64,000 bases of DNA from an uncultured Mollicutes bacterium. Its GTDB lineage: Bacteria > Bacillota_I > Bacilli_A > UBA3375. Below, one piece after another: positions 30,078-39,977 of this stretch. The notes beneath the pieces are model-generated. The model was not told the DNA's origin. It was given only the letters and a program-made list of their open reading frames with translations, and ran no database searches. How positions within the stretch are numbered: the first letter of the stretch is position 1; each line of letters starts with the position of its first letter. The stretch spans positions 5,813 through 69,812 of the forward strand of contig UWSE01000001.1 in assembly GCA_900551955.1 (NCBI GenBank), in the 5' to 3' direction. Position numbers and translations under genes: made by a program.

Positions 30078-30862
30078 TAGCTTAAAAACTCCTTGATTGA
30101 TTCTTGATCTTCTTTAGTAACACTAATTGTTGGCGTATCATCATAAACAGGCTCAACATATTGTTTAGAATTGCTAGCAAGATACTCATTACGTTGTTGT
30201 TTAAAGCTTTTTGCCGCTTCAATACTATTGATTTTTTGTTTATTATAAGTATTAATTATTTTATCAAAGTATTGATTTGCAAAGTTTTGATAATTACTTG
30301 TTTCAATACTTTCAATAAAACAAAACTTGAATACATTAATACTTATATCACTCTTATATAACCAGTGATTAATTACATCGATATCACTTCTACTTAAAAT
30401 AACTTGATAGTGATTAACAACATCTCCTGCTAAAATAGATTGATAAAATACATCATCTAACTCTTGATTAAAATTAGCACCAATAGCAGGGAGGTTTGAA
30501 CGAAGTTTATAAATTAAATTCGTTAAATTAAAAATTGGTTTATCACTATTTAAGCATTCTTTAATATTACTTAAATTTATTCCCCAGAAATCTTTAATTC
30601 GTTGTTCAATATTACTATTATTTTCTAAATTATTTGCTATAGAAAATCCATATGGTGTTTTGGTCACTTGAAAGTAATCTTTTAATTTTTGATAGATTGC
30701 GTTTATCTCTTCTTTAGTATATCCGTAGTCAAGTAAGCTATCGATATCAATTGCTTGATCACTTCCATGAGTTAGAATCATTGCTATTAAGCCAACGACA
30801 TCTTTATCATCAATACTACTAAGATCACTAAAATTAATATTTTGTAACTTAAATAGTTTCAT
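30077..30862 (-). CDS. Hypothetical protein with a DnaD/DnaB_2-like C-terminal domain (possible replication initiation/helicase-loading factor)
   Basis: I chose the ATG at 30860-30862, which is preceded by tggag. The C-terminal segment INHWLYKSDISINVFKFCFIESIETSNYQNFANQYFDKIINTYNKQKINSIEAA resembles the DnaD-domain pattern (..W....s.e.i..a.e......YidkIl..W...gi.t.eea). Its stop overlaps the dnaG ATG (TAATG). Confidence 0.4.
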   Translation of the reverse strand: MKLFKLQNINFSDLSSIDDKDVVGLIAMILTHGSDQAIDIDSLLDYGYTKEEINAIYQKLKDYFQVTKTPYGFSIANNLENNSNIEQRIKDFWGINLSNIKECLNSDKPIFNLTNLIYKLRSNLPAIGANFNQELDDVFYQSILAGDVVNHYQVILSRSDIDVINHWLYKSDISINVFKFCFIESIETSNYQNFANQYFDKIINTYNKQKINSIEAAKSFKQQRNEYLASNSKQYVEPVYDDTPTISVTKEDQESIKEFLS

Positions 30863-31712
30863 TATTGCTCCAATCAATAATACTAAGTAAGATCGACTTA
30901 CAAGACACAGTTAAATTTAATTGATTAATCTGCGCAATGATATAACTACTTAATGCTGATAAGTGTTGTTCTAATTCTTCTTTAGTATATAATGTGGCAA
31001 AAGTTTGTTTATGATTTTCTAAATCACTACCAACAGGTTTTCCGATTGTTTCAAAATTACTATAACAATCTAAATAATCATCATACATCTGATAATAGAT
31101 CCCTAAATAATAACCTAAATCAATTAGTTGTTGTTGATTATTTTTATTATTAATGGCATTTGCCATTAATAAACTAGCAACTAATAACGAACCTGTTTTT
31201 TGCGCTTCTAAACTAACTAGTTGACTCACACTTTGGCTTTGATTAGTCATATCTAACATTTGTCCATTAATCATACCATGATTAACGCCACTACAGATTG
31301 ATAGAATCTTAATTAATTTGACTTTAACACTATCAGCTACTGTACTACTTGCTATTAATTCAAAACTAAGGGTCAATAAACTATCACCAGTAAGTAAAGC
31401 AATATCATCGCCAAACTTTTTATGAACAGTTAATTGTCCTCGGCGATAGTCATCATCATCCATACAAGGCAAATCATCATGAACTAATGAGTAAGTATGA
31501 ATACATTCAATACTCATCGCAATATCAAAATACTGAGGATTATTATCTAAGTAAGATAAGAATATTAAAGGTCTAAACAATTTACCATTATTAATTAAAC
31601 TATAATAAATGCTCTTTTTTAATTGCTGATCACAATCAAGAGCATTTATTTTATTTTCCATATAATTATATAAATCTTGTTTGATATTATTCAACTTCAA
31701 ATCCTGTTTCAT
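30849..31712 (-). CDS. ispA: (2E,6E)-farnesyl/geranylgeranyl diphosphate synthase (polyprenyl synthetase)
   Basis: 287 aa with the first Asp-rich motif LVHDDLPCMDDDDYRRG and the second, YQMYDDYLD. Confidence 0.85.
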   Translation of the reverse strand: MKQDLKLNNIKQDLYNYMENKINALDCDQQLKKSIYYSLINNGKLFRPLIFLSYLDNNPQYFDIAMSIECIHTYSLVHDDLPCMDDDDYRRGQLTVHKKFGDDIALLTGDSLLTLSFELIASSTVADSVKVKLIKILSICSGVNHGMINGQMLDMTNQSQSVSQLVSLEAQKTGSLLVASLLMANAINNKNNQQQLIDLGYYLGIYYQMYDDYLDCYSNFETIGKPVGSDLENHKQTFATLYTKEELEQHLSALSSYIIAQINQLNLTVSCKSILLSIIDWSNNETI

Positions 31713-31986
31713 TATATGTTTCTAACACTTCTTCTAATAATTCCCAAGTCTCAGTATCTCCTTCTGGAATTTCAAAAATATTACCAACACTTCCATCTTC
31801 TAATTCTTCATAACGATAAACAAAGATATCAACATCTGCTTCTTCATCATCATTTTGTTCAGGAATTGTTACAAACACATAATTATTTCCATCATTTTCT
31901 AAAGTAAATAAAACTTCTGCTAGTTGTTCATTACCATCTTCATCAACTAACACTAAATTAGCATCTAAATCTACTACTTTTTCCAC
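31687..31986 (-). CDS. DUF1292 family protein (YrzB-like)
   Basis: 99 aa and acidic (VDEDGNE...). It sits downstream of ireB-ruvX, as in the Bacillus yrzL-yrrK-yrzB arrangement. Confidence 0.7.
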   Translation of the reverse strand: MEKVVDLDANLVLVDEDGNEQLAEVLFTLENDGNNYVFVTIPEQNDDEEADVDIFVYRYEELEDGSVGNIFEIPEGDTETWELLEEVLETYNETGFEVE

Positions 31987-31994
31987 ATCTTCTC

Positions 31995-32408
31995 CTATTG
32001 GTGATAATCTAGATAATCTTGCAAGATAATGCTTGCTGCCTTTTTATCAGATTGTTTTCTAATTGTCTTTACATCGACTTTTAATTCTTTTAATATTGTT
32101 TCTGCTTTAACACTACTTTTGCGTTCATCAACATAGATTACTTCTAAATTAAAGGTTGTTGTTAATAAATTACCAAATTCACGAACAATCTCTGCTTGAA
32201 AGCCTTCTGTATCATTCATATTTAAAGGTAGTCCTAACACAATCTTACTAATCTTATAATAATCAATGATTTCTTTAAGGTTAGCAAGTACTTCTTCATT
32301 ATTGATGTTTTGTAAAACACACACTTCACTAGCAATGATTCCTAACGGATCACTAACAGCAATCCCGATCCGTGCTCCACCATAATCAATCCCTAAGATT
32401 CTATTCAT
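31995..32408 (-). CDS. ruvX: Holliday junction resolvase-like / pre-16S rRNA nuclease (YqgF family)
   Basis: 137 aa with the N-terminal motif ILGIDYGGARIGIAVSD. Confidence 0.9.
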   Translation of the reverse strand: MNRILGIDYGGARIGIAVSDPLGIIASEVCVLQNINNEEVLANLKEIIDYYKISKIVLGLPLNMNDTEGFQAEIVREFGNLLTTTFNLEVIYVDERKSSVKAETILKELKVDVKTIRKQSDKKAASIILQDYLDYHQ

Positions 32409-32649
32409 TGTTTTTTAAAAAATCCTCTAATAAAACTTCTATAATTGCATCACGATCAACACTCTTAATTAAATTACGAGCATTATTGTATCGTGGAATG
32501 TATGAAGGGTCACCACTTAATAAATATCCGACTATTTGATTTTGATAGTTATACCCTTTTTCTTCTAGACTATTTTTAACATAAAATAGTATGTCTTTGA
32601 TCTCTAATTGTTTATTATGTTGGGTAAACATAATTGTATTATCATCCAT
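32401..32649 (-). CDS. ireB: IreB-family regulatory phosphoprotein (UPF0297, YrzL-like)
   Basis: 82 aa with the motif GYLLSGDPSYIPRYNNARNLI. Confidence 0.8.
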   Translation of the reverse strand: MDDNTIMFTQHNKQLEIKDILFYVKNSLEEKGYNYQNQIVGYLLSGDPSYIPRYNNARNLIKSVDRDAIIEVLLEDFLKNNE

Positions 32650-32682
32650 GTTACTCCTTTTATATATTATACTATTATTATC

Positions 32683-34599
32683 TTAGTTTTGTGGTAATTG
32701 TTCTTTTTTCCACACTGCATAATCACATTTTGGATAGTTATTACATCCATAAAAAATCTTACCGCGTTTGGTGTGTTTTTCCACCACATCCCCACCACAA
32801 TTAGGACATGTAGCTACTTGTTTAACCTCACTTGGTTTAATGTATTTACAACTTGGATAATTACTACAAGCGATAAACGCTCCAAAACGCCCAAAACGTT
32901 CAACTAATGGTGAACCACATTCTGGACAGTCTTCACCAACTTCCTTAGCTTCTCGTTTTTCCATTTCTTGATCTGCTTTATTATAATGTTTCATAAAGTC
33001 TTGATAAAACTCATTTAAGACACTTAACTCTTCACTTTCATGTTGGGCAATTAAATCTAATTGGGTTTCTAGTTGAGATGTATAATCAACATTAATAATA
33101 TCACTAAAGAACAATTCTAGTTGATCATTAACTAAAATACCATTATCTGTCGGGACGAATTTTTTATCAACTAAATCAACATAACCTCGTGTTTTTAAGA
33201 TATCAATAATACTTGCATAAGTACTAGGACGTCCTACTCCGTTGGCCTCTAATTCTTTGATTAAACGCGCTTCACTATAACGCGGTTGGGGTTGCGTTTC
33301 ATGTTCACTAACAATATACTCTTTAACTTTAACTTCGTCTTGTTCTTGCCAATTAGGATCTGGTTTTAAATCAAGTGTTTGTAATTTTTTAAATCCTAAA
33401 AATGGATAACTAGAACAACTATATTTAAAATCAACTTTATTAGCACTACAAGTATATGTTTTTGTCTCACAACTAGCAGGCGCCATAATACACATTAAAC
33501 TACGTTTGTAAATTAACTCATATACTTTCAACTCTTGGGGAGTTAAAAATGGTTTCATTTTTTCTGGGGTATTATTTATATTAGTTGGTCTTATTGCTTC
33601 GTGGGCATCTTGGGCACCCTTATTCTTTTTAACAATATATTTACCAACATATTCTTTTCCATATACCTCTTGTATATATGCTTTAGTTGTATTAATAAAA
33701 TCTTGACTTAAACGATTGGAATCAGTACGCATATAAGTTATTAAACCTTGGGCTTGACCATTAACTTCAATCCCTTCATATAATTTTTGAGCAATTTGCA
33801 TACTACGTTTAGAACTAATTTTTAATTGATTAATACAATCTTGTTGGAAAGTTGATGTTATGTAAGGGACTTTCGGTTGCTCTTTTTTAGTCTTAATACT
33901 AATATCACTTACAACCAATGGACTACCTTCGACTTTTTTAAGTAATTTATCCACTTCTTCTTTACTTAATTGTTTATCATTTTTAATATAATCTAATTCC
34001 AAATCTTTTGTTTTAGCAACTAGTTTATAATACTTAGTTGGAATAAATTTTGCTATTTCTCGCTCACGTTCCACAATCATTTTTAACGCAACAGATTGCA
34101 CACGCCCAGCAGATTTAGCTTTAATTTTTTTCTTAAGTAATCCTGATAACTTAAATCCCATAATTCGGTCAATCATACGTCGTGTTTCTTGTGAATGCAC
34201 TAAATCCATATTTAAGGGGCGAGGATTAGCTAAACCACTTAATATTCCGTTTTTAGTAATTTCACTAAAGACAATTCGATTAGCATCACTAATATCTAAC
34301 CCTAATTGATTAGCTAAGTGAAAACCAATTGCTTCTCCTTCTCGATCCAAATCGGTTGCGATATAAATTTCATCAGCTTCTTTTTTGGCTTTAAGTAATT
34401 GATTAATTACTTTCTTCTTCCCACTAATAACTTTGTAGGTCGGTGCAAAATCATTATCAACATCAATTCCAAGTCCACCAGGACCTGATGTTGCTAAATC
34501 CATAATATGACCAACACTACTTAATACTTGATATCCACTTCCTAGATATCCTTCAATCGTTTTAGCTTTAGCAGGTGACTCCACAATTACTAATTTCAT
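32683..34599 (-). CDS. topA: DNA topoisomerase I
   Basis: 638 aa with a TOPRIM N-terminus (KLVIVESPAKAKTI), the active-site region GLITYMRTDS and C-terminal C4 zinc ribbons (CPECG...C; CPNCG...C). Confidence 0.95.
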   Translation of the reverse strand: MKLVIVESPAKAKTIEGYLGSGYQVLSSVGHIMDLATSGPGGLGIDVDNDFAPTYKVISGKKKVINQLLKAKKEADEIYIATDLDREGEAIGFHLANQLGLDISDANRIVFSEITKNGILSGLANPRPLNMDLVHSQETRRMIDRIMGFKLSGLLKKKIKAKSAGRVQSVALKMIVEREREIAKFIPTKYYKLVAKTKDLELDYIKNDKQLSKEEVDKLLKKVEGSPLVVSDISIKTKKEQPKVPYITSTFQQDCINQLKISSKRSMQIAQKLYEGIEVNGQAQGLITYMRTDSNRLSQDFINTTKAYIQEVYGKEYVGKYIVKKNKGAQDAHEAIRPTNINNTPEKMKPFLTPQELKVYELIYKRSLMCIMAPASCETKTYTCSANKVDFKYSCSSYPFLGFKKLQTLDLKPDPNWQEQDEVKVKEYIVSEHETQPQPRYSEARLIKELEANGVGRPSTYASIIDILKTRGYVDLVDKKFVPTDNGILVNDQLELFFSDIINVDYTSQLETQLDLIAQHESEELSVLNEFYQDFMKHYNKADQEMEKREAKEVGEDCPECGSPLVERFGRFGAFIACSNYPSCKYIKPSEVKQVATCPNCGGDVVEKHTKRGKIFYGCNNYPKCDYAVWKKEQLPQN

Positions 34600-34606
34600 C
34601 TTCCTC

Positions 34607-35470
34607 CTATTGTTTAATTCTAAATTGATCGACTTTTACTCCTGGTGCATTAATTCGCATTGTAGATTTATCATCCATCTGATAAGTAAATGTATCTCCA
34701 CTTAATGTTAAATCACTATTGTTAACCTTATCAGCCACAAGTTGATAATTCATAGGTGCCATATCGGCAAAATGAACATCTTTATATTTTCCATTAATAT
34801 TTAAAGTTTGGGCATATGCTTGTTTAACATTTAACACACCAGCTTTTTGATTAGTAACATCAATCGTTTCACTAGTAACAGAATTTAAGCCTAATTGAAC
34901 ACATTCACCACTAAATGTTAATGCTTTAGCATTAAGTTGATTTAAATCAATCATTCCCACTTTTTGTTCAACACTAAACTGATCAAATTTACCTTCAATT
35001 TTTGTTTTAGAACTATCAGCTTGATATGTAAAGTTGGTAGCATTAACATTAGTGTTTAAACTTCCTTCTTCTAGTACTATATTTATACCCGAAAAATCAA
35101 AATTTTTTGGGATGTAAATATTAATTTTCCCATAACTTGAGATATCATCTAGTGAAGAAACACGATTAAAATACTGTGAAATTTCTAAAGTATTATTTTC
35201 ACTATTAGCTATATAATTATATGTAAACATCTTTTTTTGCAAAGGAGTTAGGCTTGATACTATTGAGATATCTTCAATATTAGCATAAGTAATACTTACG
35301 TTGGCTTTGGCTAAATGAATATTTAAATTTTCAATATTATCAGTCTTAAATCCACGTTCTTCAGCTACAATACTTCCTGGCATAAATTCTTGACTATCAG
35401 CAATCAAGCCAATCCCTTTTAACAAAAAGACAAATAAGATCCCTAATAAACCATATTTAACGTACTTCAT
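34607..35470 (-). CDS. Membrane-anchored hypothetical protein, beta-rich (possibly DUF4097-like)
   Basis: The ATG at 35468-35470 (MKYVKYGLLGILFVFLL...) follows ggaga, whereas the longer track ORF lacks an RBS. After one N-terminal TM helix comes a repetitive beta-strand-like ectodomain. The family assignment is tentative. Confidence 0.45.
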   Translation of the reverse strand: MKYVKYGLLGILFVFLLKGIGLIADSQEFMPGSIVAEERGFKTDNIENLNIHLAKANVSITYANIEDISIVSSLTPLQKKMFTYNYIANSENNTLEISQYFNRVSSLDDISSYGKINIYIPKNFDFSGINIVLEEGSLNTNVNATNFTYQADSSKTKIEGKFDQFSVEQKVGMIDLNQLNAKALTFSGECVQLGLNSVTSETIDVTNQKAGVLNVKQAYAQTLNINGKYKDVHFADMAPMNYQLVADKVNNSDLTLSGDTFTYQMDDKSTMRINAPGVKVDQFRIKQ

Positions 35471-36050
35471 ATATTTTCTCCATTGTTTTGATTGGGGCAA
35501 AATTATTACGATGTACCCCTGGAACATATCCGTATATTTCTAAAGCTTGTAAGTGGCGTTTTGTTCCATAACCCACATGTTGTTCAAATCCAAATTCAGG
35601 ATAGATTGTTGCTAAATTACACATATAACGATCACGCACACACTTCGCAACAATACTAGCACCACTTACCGCTTTAAACCATGTATCACCTTTCTTCGCA
35701 CTTAACATCATGTAAGGTGCTACAACTTTTTCAAAATCAACGCAAGTAAATGGTTGATTAGCTTTAGTTGTGATTTTTTGCATAGCTTTTACTATTGCTT
35801 GCTTGATTCCTAAAGCTTCGATTTGCTCAACACTGATATATTCAATATAAATTGCTTTGGCTCGATTTAATAACATCTGCCCAATTGTTTCAATTTGATG
35901 ATGTTTTATTTTCTTACTATCAATTAAGTTAGATGGATCAACATGATCACCTAAGACGATTCCACACACAACACTTGGTCCTGCTAACGGTCCACGTCCA
36001 ACCTCATCTATACCGATCATGAAATTATTTATGTCAAATAACTTAAACAT
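35457..36050 (-). CDS. rnhB: Ribonuclease HII
   Basis: 197 aa with the motifs IGIDEVGRGPLAGPVV-type and DSKK. The rbgA-rnhB order matches Bacillus. Confidence 0.92.
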   Translation of the reverse strand: MFKLFDINNFMIGIDEVGRGPLAGPSVVCGIVLGDHVDPSNLIDSKKIKHHQIETIGQMLLNRAKAIYIEYISVEQIEALGIKQAIVKAMQKITTKANQPFTCVDFEKVVAPYMMLSAKKGDTWFKAVSGASIVAKCVRDRYMCNLATIYPEFGFEQHVGYGTKRHLQALEIYGYVPGVHRNNFAPIKTMEKIYEVR

Positions 36051-36903
36051 TTTGATCCAAAATAATTAAGCCAAACTTTTGTTTTCTAAAATAAGAAATA
36101 ACATTAACACTTACCCGCGCATAATCACTCTCACCACGATTAATAGCCCCAATACTTTGCGCAATTAAATCATAAACTTCAAAAAGTTCTAAACTTTTTA
36201 GGGTATCGATATCAATGTCAAGATGATATGCGCTAATTAAGTTAGTTGGGTAGTTATTAACTAAATACTCCAATAAATAAGTAGCAACGTGTTCTAGTTC
36301 CACTACTTCATCTTTAATAAGACCACAAGCAACTAATTTATAACCACGCGTGATATCTTCAATTTTCGGAATTAAAATTCCTGGAGTATCTAATAGCTCA
36401 CAAACATCTTCGACTTTAATCCATTGTTGTTGACGGGTAACTCCCGGTGTGTTTCCTACCATAGCTTTTTTCCGATTAACTAAAAAATTAATTACACTAC
36501 TTTTACCAACATTCGGCATTCCCATAATCAGTACTCGCGGTAATTTAGTAATTCCTTTGGCTAAGGCTTTTTCTTGAATCGGTTTAGCTAAACTTTTAAT
36601 TTTTGATAATAGTTTTTTACGATCAACACTATTAGTAGTACTAATGGCAATCGTTGCATATCCTTTTTGTTCATAATAATTAGTAAATGTTTTTAAATAA
36701 TTATCATTAACTAAATCAGTTTTAGTAAAAATTAATAATTTAGTTTTGTGTTTTGTCAATTCATCTAGCATTTCATTATGGGAAGAAATTGGCACACGTG
36801 CATCAATAACTTCGATCACAATATCAATGATTTTAAGTTGACTAATTAACTCTTTTTTGGCCTTAAACATATGCCCTGGATACCAGTTAATTACTTGTGC
36901 CAT
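36043..36903 (-). CDS. rbgA: Ribosome biogenesis GTPase A (YlqF/RbgA)
   Basis: 286 aa with circularly permuted GTPase motifs: N-terminal WYPGHMFKAKKEL, then TKTD, GMPNVGKSS and DTPG. Confidence 0.9.
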   Translation of the reverse strand: MAQVINWYPGHMFKAKKELISQLKIIDIVIEVIDARVPISSHNEMLDELTKHKTKLLIFTKTDLVNDNYLKTFTNYYEQKGYATIAISTTNSVDRKKLLSKIKSLAKPIQEKALAKGITKLPRVLIMGMPNVGKSSVINFLVNRKKAMVGNTPGVTRQQQWIKVEDVCELLDTPGILIPKIEDITRGYKLVACGLIKDEVVELEHVATYLLEYLVNNYPTNLISAYHLDIDIDTLKSLELFEVYDLIAQSIGAINRGESDYARVSVNVISYFRKQKFGLIILDQNV

Positions 36904-36924
36904 TTTTACCTCCCTATAAATAAT

Positions 36925-36950
36925 GCAAAAAAGAGTTCAACGAACTCTTC
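36925..36950 (-). terminator. Rho-independent terminator downstream of rplS
   Basis: The stem aagagttc / gaactctt is followed by a T-run on the minus strand. Confidence 0.7.
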
Positions 36951-36959
36951 ATTACCAAT

Positions 36960-37307
36960 TTATTTTTTTTCTTTAATTCGTGCAGCTTTACCTGTTAAAT
37001 TTCGTAAGTAATATAATTTAGCACGACGCACTTTACCACGACGAGTAACAGTAATATCTTTTACGTTTGGTGAATGTAACGGGAAGATACGTTCAACTCC
37101 AACCCCATTAGAAATTTTACGTACTGTAAAGCTTTCTTCAATTCCACCATTTCTCTTAGCAATAACAACACCTTCAAATTTTTGAATACGTTCTTTATCA
37201 CCATCTTTAATTAAAACGTCAACCGAAACGTTATCACCAACATTAAAACTTGTAACGTTTGGTTTTAATTGACTTTGAGTAATCTCTTCAATTAATTTGT
37301 TTTGCAT
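36960..37307 (-). CDS. rplS: 50S ribosomal protein L19
   Basis: 115 aa, full-length L19. Confidence 0.97.
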   Translation of the reverse strand: MQNKLIEEITQSQLKPNVTSFNVGDNVSVDVLIKDGDKERIQKFEGVVIAKRNGGIEESFTVRKISNGVGVERIFPLHSPNVKDITVTRRGKVRRAKLYYLRNLTGKAARIKEKK

Positions 37308-37391
37308 AAACTTTCTCCTAATTTAAAGTACGCTCTTTATAGACTCTTTCTATAAGCGGAACACACTAATTAATACTAATTTATTATACCA
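37308..37391 (-). promoter_or_regulatory. rplS promoter (extended -10, TGgTATAAT at 37383..37391) plus a structured 5' leader of about 68 nt
   Basis: The minus-strand sequence is tggtataat...gtgttccgcttatagaaagagtctataaagagcgtacttt...aggagaaagtttATG. It contains the hairpin ttatag / ctataa flanked by cgc / gcg. Confidence 0.4.
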
Positions 37392-37433
37392 TAAAATCGT
37401 AATTATTGCAAATTTGCCTATTTTTACTAATTA

Positions 37434-38273
37434 TTAGATATCGCTAGTCTTTATATCATACTTTTTAAGACACCAATCACATACCATTTCGATTGTTTCA
37501 TCTTCTTTTATCTCTTTTCGATCTTCAGGTGGTAATGTTGCTAATAAATCAAGACAACGATCATAACTACAATTACATTGATAATGCATTTCTTTAGTTT
37601 CTAAAACTTTAAAGTCTAGATCAAAAAAGATTTGTAAGATTTCATCAACATGTTTAGTAGCTAATAGGTGTGATAAGTTACTATTGGCTACTAAACGTTG
37701 TTCTAATTCGCAAATTACTTCTTCAGGACAATTAGGTAATATTTGCACCATTAAAATCCCGGCACCATTAACATTATATTCTTCATCAAAATTTACTCCA
37801 CCACTAATCGCAGTCGATGTTTGTTGACTATAAGAAAAATAATAACTAAAATCAGATAATATATCTCCTTTAATAATTGAAGTTTCACTCATAAAAGGAG
37901 TTTTCATGTGATAATCTTTTGTGATTTCGACATTTCCTATTTGACCCACACCTTCTATAATATTAAAACTTCCATTAACTAATGGTAAATCGACATAACG
38001 ATTACTTACCAATCCTTTAACTTCACCTTTAGTGTTGGCTTTAGCAATAATTTTCCCACAAAGACCATCACCATTAACAACACTACAAACTTCTGTATCT
38101 CCTTTTTCCATTAGTCCCATAATCCCAGTAATCCCAATCGTATTAGCTAGAGCAATTAAACTAATTGGATAAATTGCTGCTTGATCAATGATTGTTGAAG
38201 TAATTTCTTTAGTATCTGCTAAATAAAATCGCACTTGGTCACGAAAGGCAGTTCCGATAAATACATTATCCAT
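37434..38273 (-). CDS. hslO: Redox-regulated chaperone Hsp33
   Basis: 279 aa with the C-terminal zinc centre CNCSYDRC ... CDWCLKKY. Confidence 0.9.
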   Translation of the reverse strand: MDNVFIGTAFRDQVRFYLADTKEITSTIIDQAAIYPISLIALANTIGITGIMGLMEKGDTEVCSVVNGDGLCGKIIAKANTKGEVKGLVSNRYVDLPLVNGSFNIIEGVGQIGNVEITKDYHMKTPFMSETSIIKGDILSDFSYYFSYSQQTSTAISGGVNFDEEYNVNGAGILMVQILPNCPEEVICELEQRLVANSNLSHLLATKHVDEILQIFFDLDFKVLETKEMHYQCNCSYDRCLDLLATLPPEDRKEIKEDETIEMVCDWCLKKYDIKTSDI

Positions 38274-38275
38274 AA

Positions 38276-39343
38276 TTATCCTTTCATGCTATCTAAAGTA
38301 TCTTGATTAACAATAAGACAAAAAGCAACTAATAAATCAATTAATGCTTCGACATCTTGGGTATTTATAATCGAAAGATGAGAATGAATATATCTAGTAG
38401 CGATCGAAATTGACATCCCTAATGCTCCATCATGGGCTAGATGCATTTTCCCGGCATCAGTCCCTCCACCTGGAGTAAAGTCTAATTGAAATTTTATATT
38501 ATTAGCTTTTGCTACTTGTAAAATTCGTTCACGTAAACCAACATGTCCAAATGTTGTGCGATCCATCACCATAATTTGTGGTCCTTCACCTAGATTGGAC
38601 ATACTTTCTTTATTAGTCATTTTCGGAGTATCACCTGCAATTCCGGTATCTACCGCAATTGCAATATCAGGGTTTACTATATTACTACTGGTTTCAGCAC
38701 CACGCAACCCAATCTCTTCTTGAGTATCAAATACTCCGATTACTTGGCAATTTAAACTTTGATCTTTAAGACGTTTAAGTACTTCTGTAACAACATAACA
38801 CCCAATACGGTTATCAAATGCTTTTCCTAATAAATATTCGGGATTAGCCATTACTTGGAAATCACCAACAGGACAAATCATGTCTCCAGGTTTTATGCCT
38901 AGTTTTTCTACTTCTTCTTTACTGCATACACCTAAATCAATGAACATATCATCCATGTCTACTGGTTTTTTTCTTTCTTCTAAACTAAGCACATGTGGGG
39001 GTTTTGATCCAATCACCCCTTCATAAGTATCTCCATTACTAGTTGTAATACGAACTTTTTGCGCTAACATTACTTGATTCCACCATCCACCAACTGGGAC
39101 AAAGAAAATAAAACCATTATCATCAATATAACGAACAATAAAACCAACTTCATCCATGTGCGCTGCTAACATAATTTTCGGACCACTAGTTCCAACTTGA
39201 TAAATTAGAGAACCTAAATTATCAGTTGTTGGTTGATTTAAAGCACTTAATTCATCTTTAATTAGCTTAGCTACTTGTCCTTCATGACCACTAATCCCAT
39301 TAACATTAACTAATTTAGCTAAAAATTCTTGATTATCTAACAT
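38276..39343 (-). CDS. M42 family metallo-aminopeptidase (glutamyl aminopeptidase/YsdC-like)
   Basis: 355 aa with the motifs AHMDEVGF, FDNRIG, QEEIGLRGA and IHS. Confidence 0.85.
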   Translation of the reverse strand: MLDNQEFLAKLVNVNGISGHEGQVAKLIKDELSALNQPTTDNLGSLIYQVGTSGPKIMLAAHMDEVGFIVRYIDDNGFIFFVPVGGWWNQVMLAQKVRITTSNGDTYEGVIGSKPPHVLSLEERKKPVDMDDMFIDLGVCSKEEVEKLGIKPGDMICPVGDFQVMANPEYLLGKAFDNRIGCYVVTEVLKRLKDQSLNCQVIGVFDTQEEIGLRGAETSSNIVNPDIAIAVDTGIAGDTPKMTNKESMSNLGEGPQIMVMDRTTFGHVGLRERILQVAKANNIKFQLDFTPGGGTDAGKMHLAHDGALGMSISIATRYIHSHLSIINTQDVEALIDLLVAFCLIVNQDTLDSMKG

Positions 39344-39365
39344 CTTACTCCTTTAGTATATTATA

Positions 39366-39392
39366 TAAAAAATAAAAGCCGTTAGGCTTTTA
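39366..39392 (-). terminator. Rho-independent terminator downstream of hpf
   Basis: The stem aaaagcc / ggctttt has a gtta loop and a T-run on the minus strand. Confidence 0.75.
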
Positions 39393-39395
39393 TCT

Positions 39396-39920
39396 TTAAG
39401 CTAATTCACAATCAATTACACCATACCCATTATGACGTTTATAAACAACACATACTTTATCATTTACGTCTTGATAGATAAAGTAATCTAAACCTAAAGC
39501 TTCTAATTGTAAGATCGCTTCTTCTAAATCCATAGGTTTTAAATCTAAGTGTTTATAACGAATATCTAATTCAGGTAATTTTTCCTCTTCGACTAATTGT
39601 GAAAAAATTTCATGATTATCCATATGTTTTTTATCGTCAAGTTTAGCTTTTAATTTTCTCACTTGTTTTTTGATACGATTAGCTAATTGATTAATACAAG
39701 TATAGAAATCTTCATGACTCACTTCTTGACGAATAAATTGATCATTTTTAAAAAATAACATTGCTTCAATTTTAAAGATATTGTTTCTTTCTTTAATTTC
39801 TAAACGCATACTGTTAGGTTTTAATTTAAAATAACTTTCAACCTCAGTTACTAATTGATCAATATGCTCTTGCATACTTTGAGTTACATTAAACTCTTTA
39901 CTTACTACTTCTACTTTCAT
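39396..39920 (-). CDS. hpf: Ribosome hibernation promoting factor, long form (YvyD-like)
   Basis: The ATG at 39918-39920 (MKVEVVSKEF...) follows the RBS aggaagga. It has an N-terminal S30AE domain and a C-terminal dimerisation domain (VVYKRHNGYGVI). Confidence 0.9.
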   Translation of the reverse strand: MKVEVVSKEFNVTQSMQEHIDQLVTEVESYFKLKPNSMRLEIKERNNIFKIEAMLFFKNDQFIRQEVSHEDFYTCINQLANRIKKQVRKLKAKLDDKKHMDNHEIFSQLVEEEKLPELDIRYKHLDLKPMDLEEAILQLEALGLDYFIYQDVNDKVCVVYKRHNGYGVIDCELA

Positions 39921-39939
39921 AATCCTTCCTTTCACCTAT

Positions 39940-39948
39940 ATTATAACA
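39940..39948 (-). promoter_or_regulatory. Extended -10 promoter element (TGtTATAAT) for hpf
   Basis: The reverse complement reads tgttataat, 19 nt upstream of the hpf ATG. Confidence 0.5.
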
Positions 39949-39977
39949 AAGCTTGGGAAAAGAAAAGATAAACTCAA

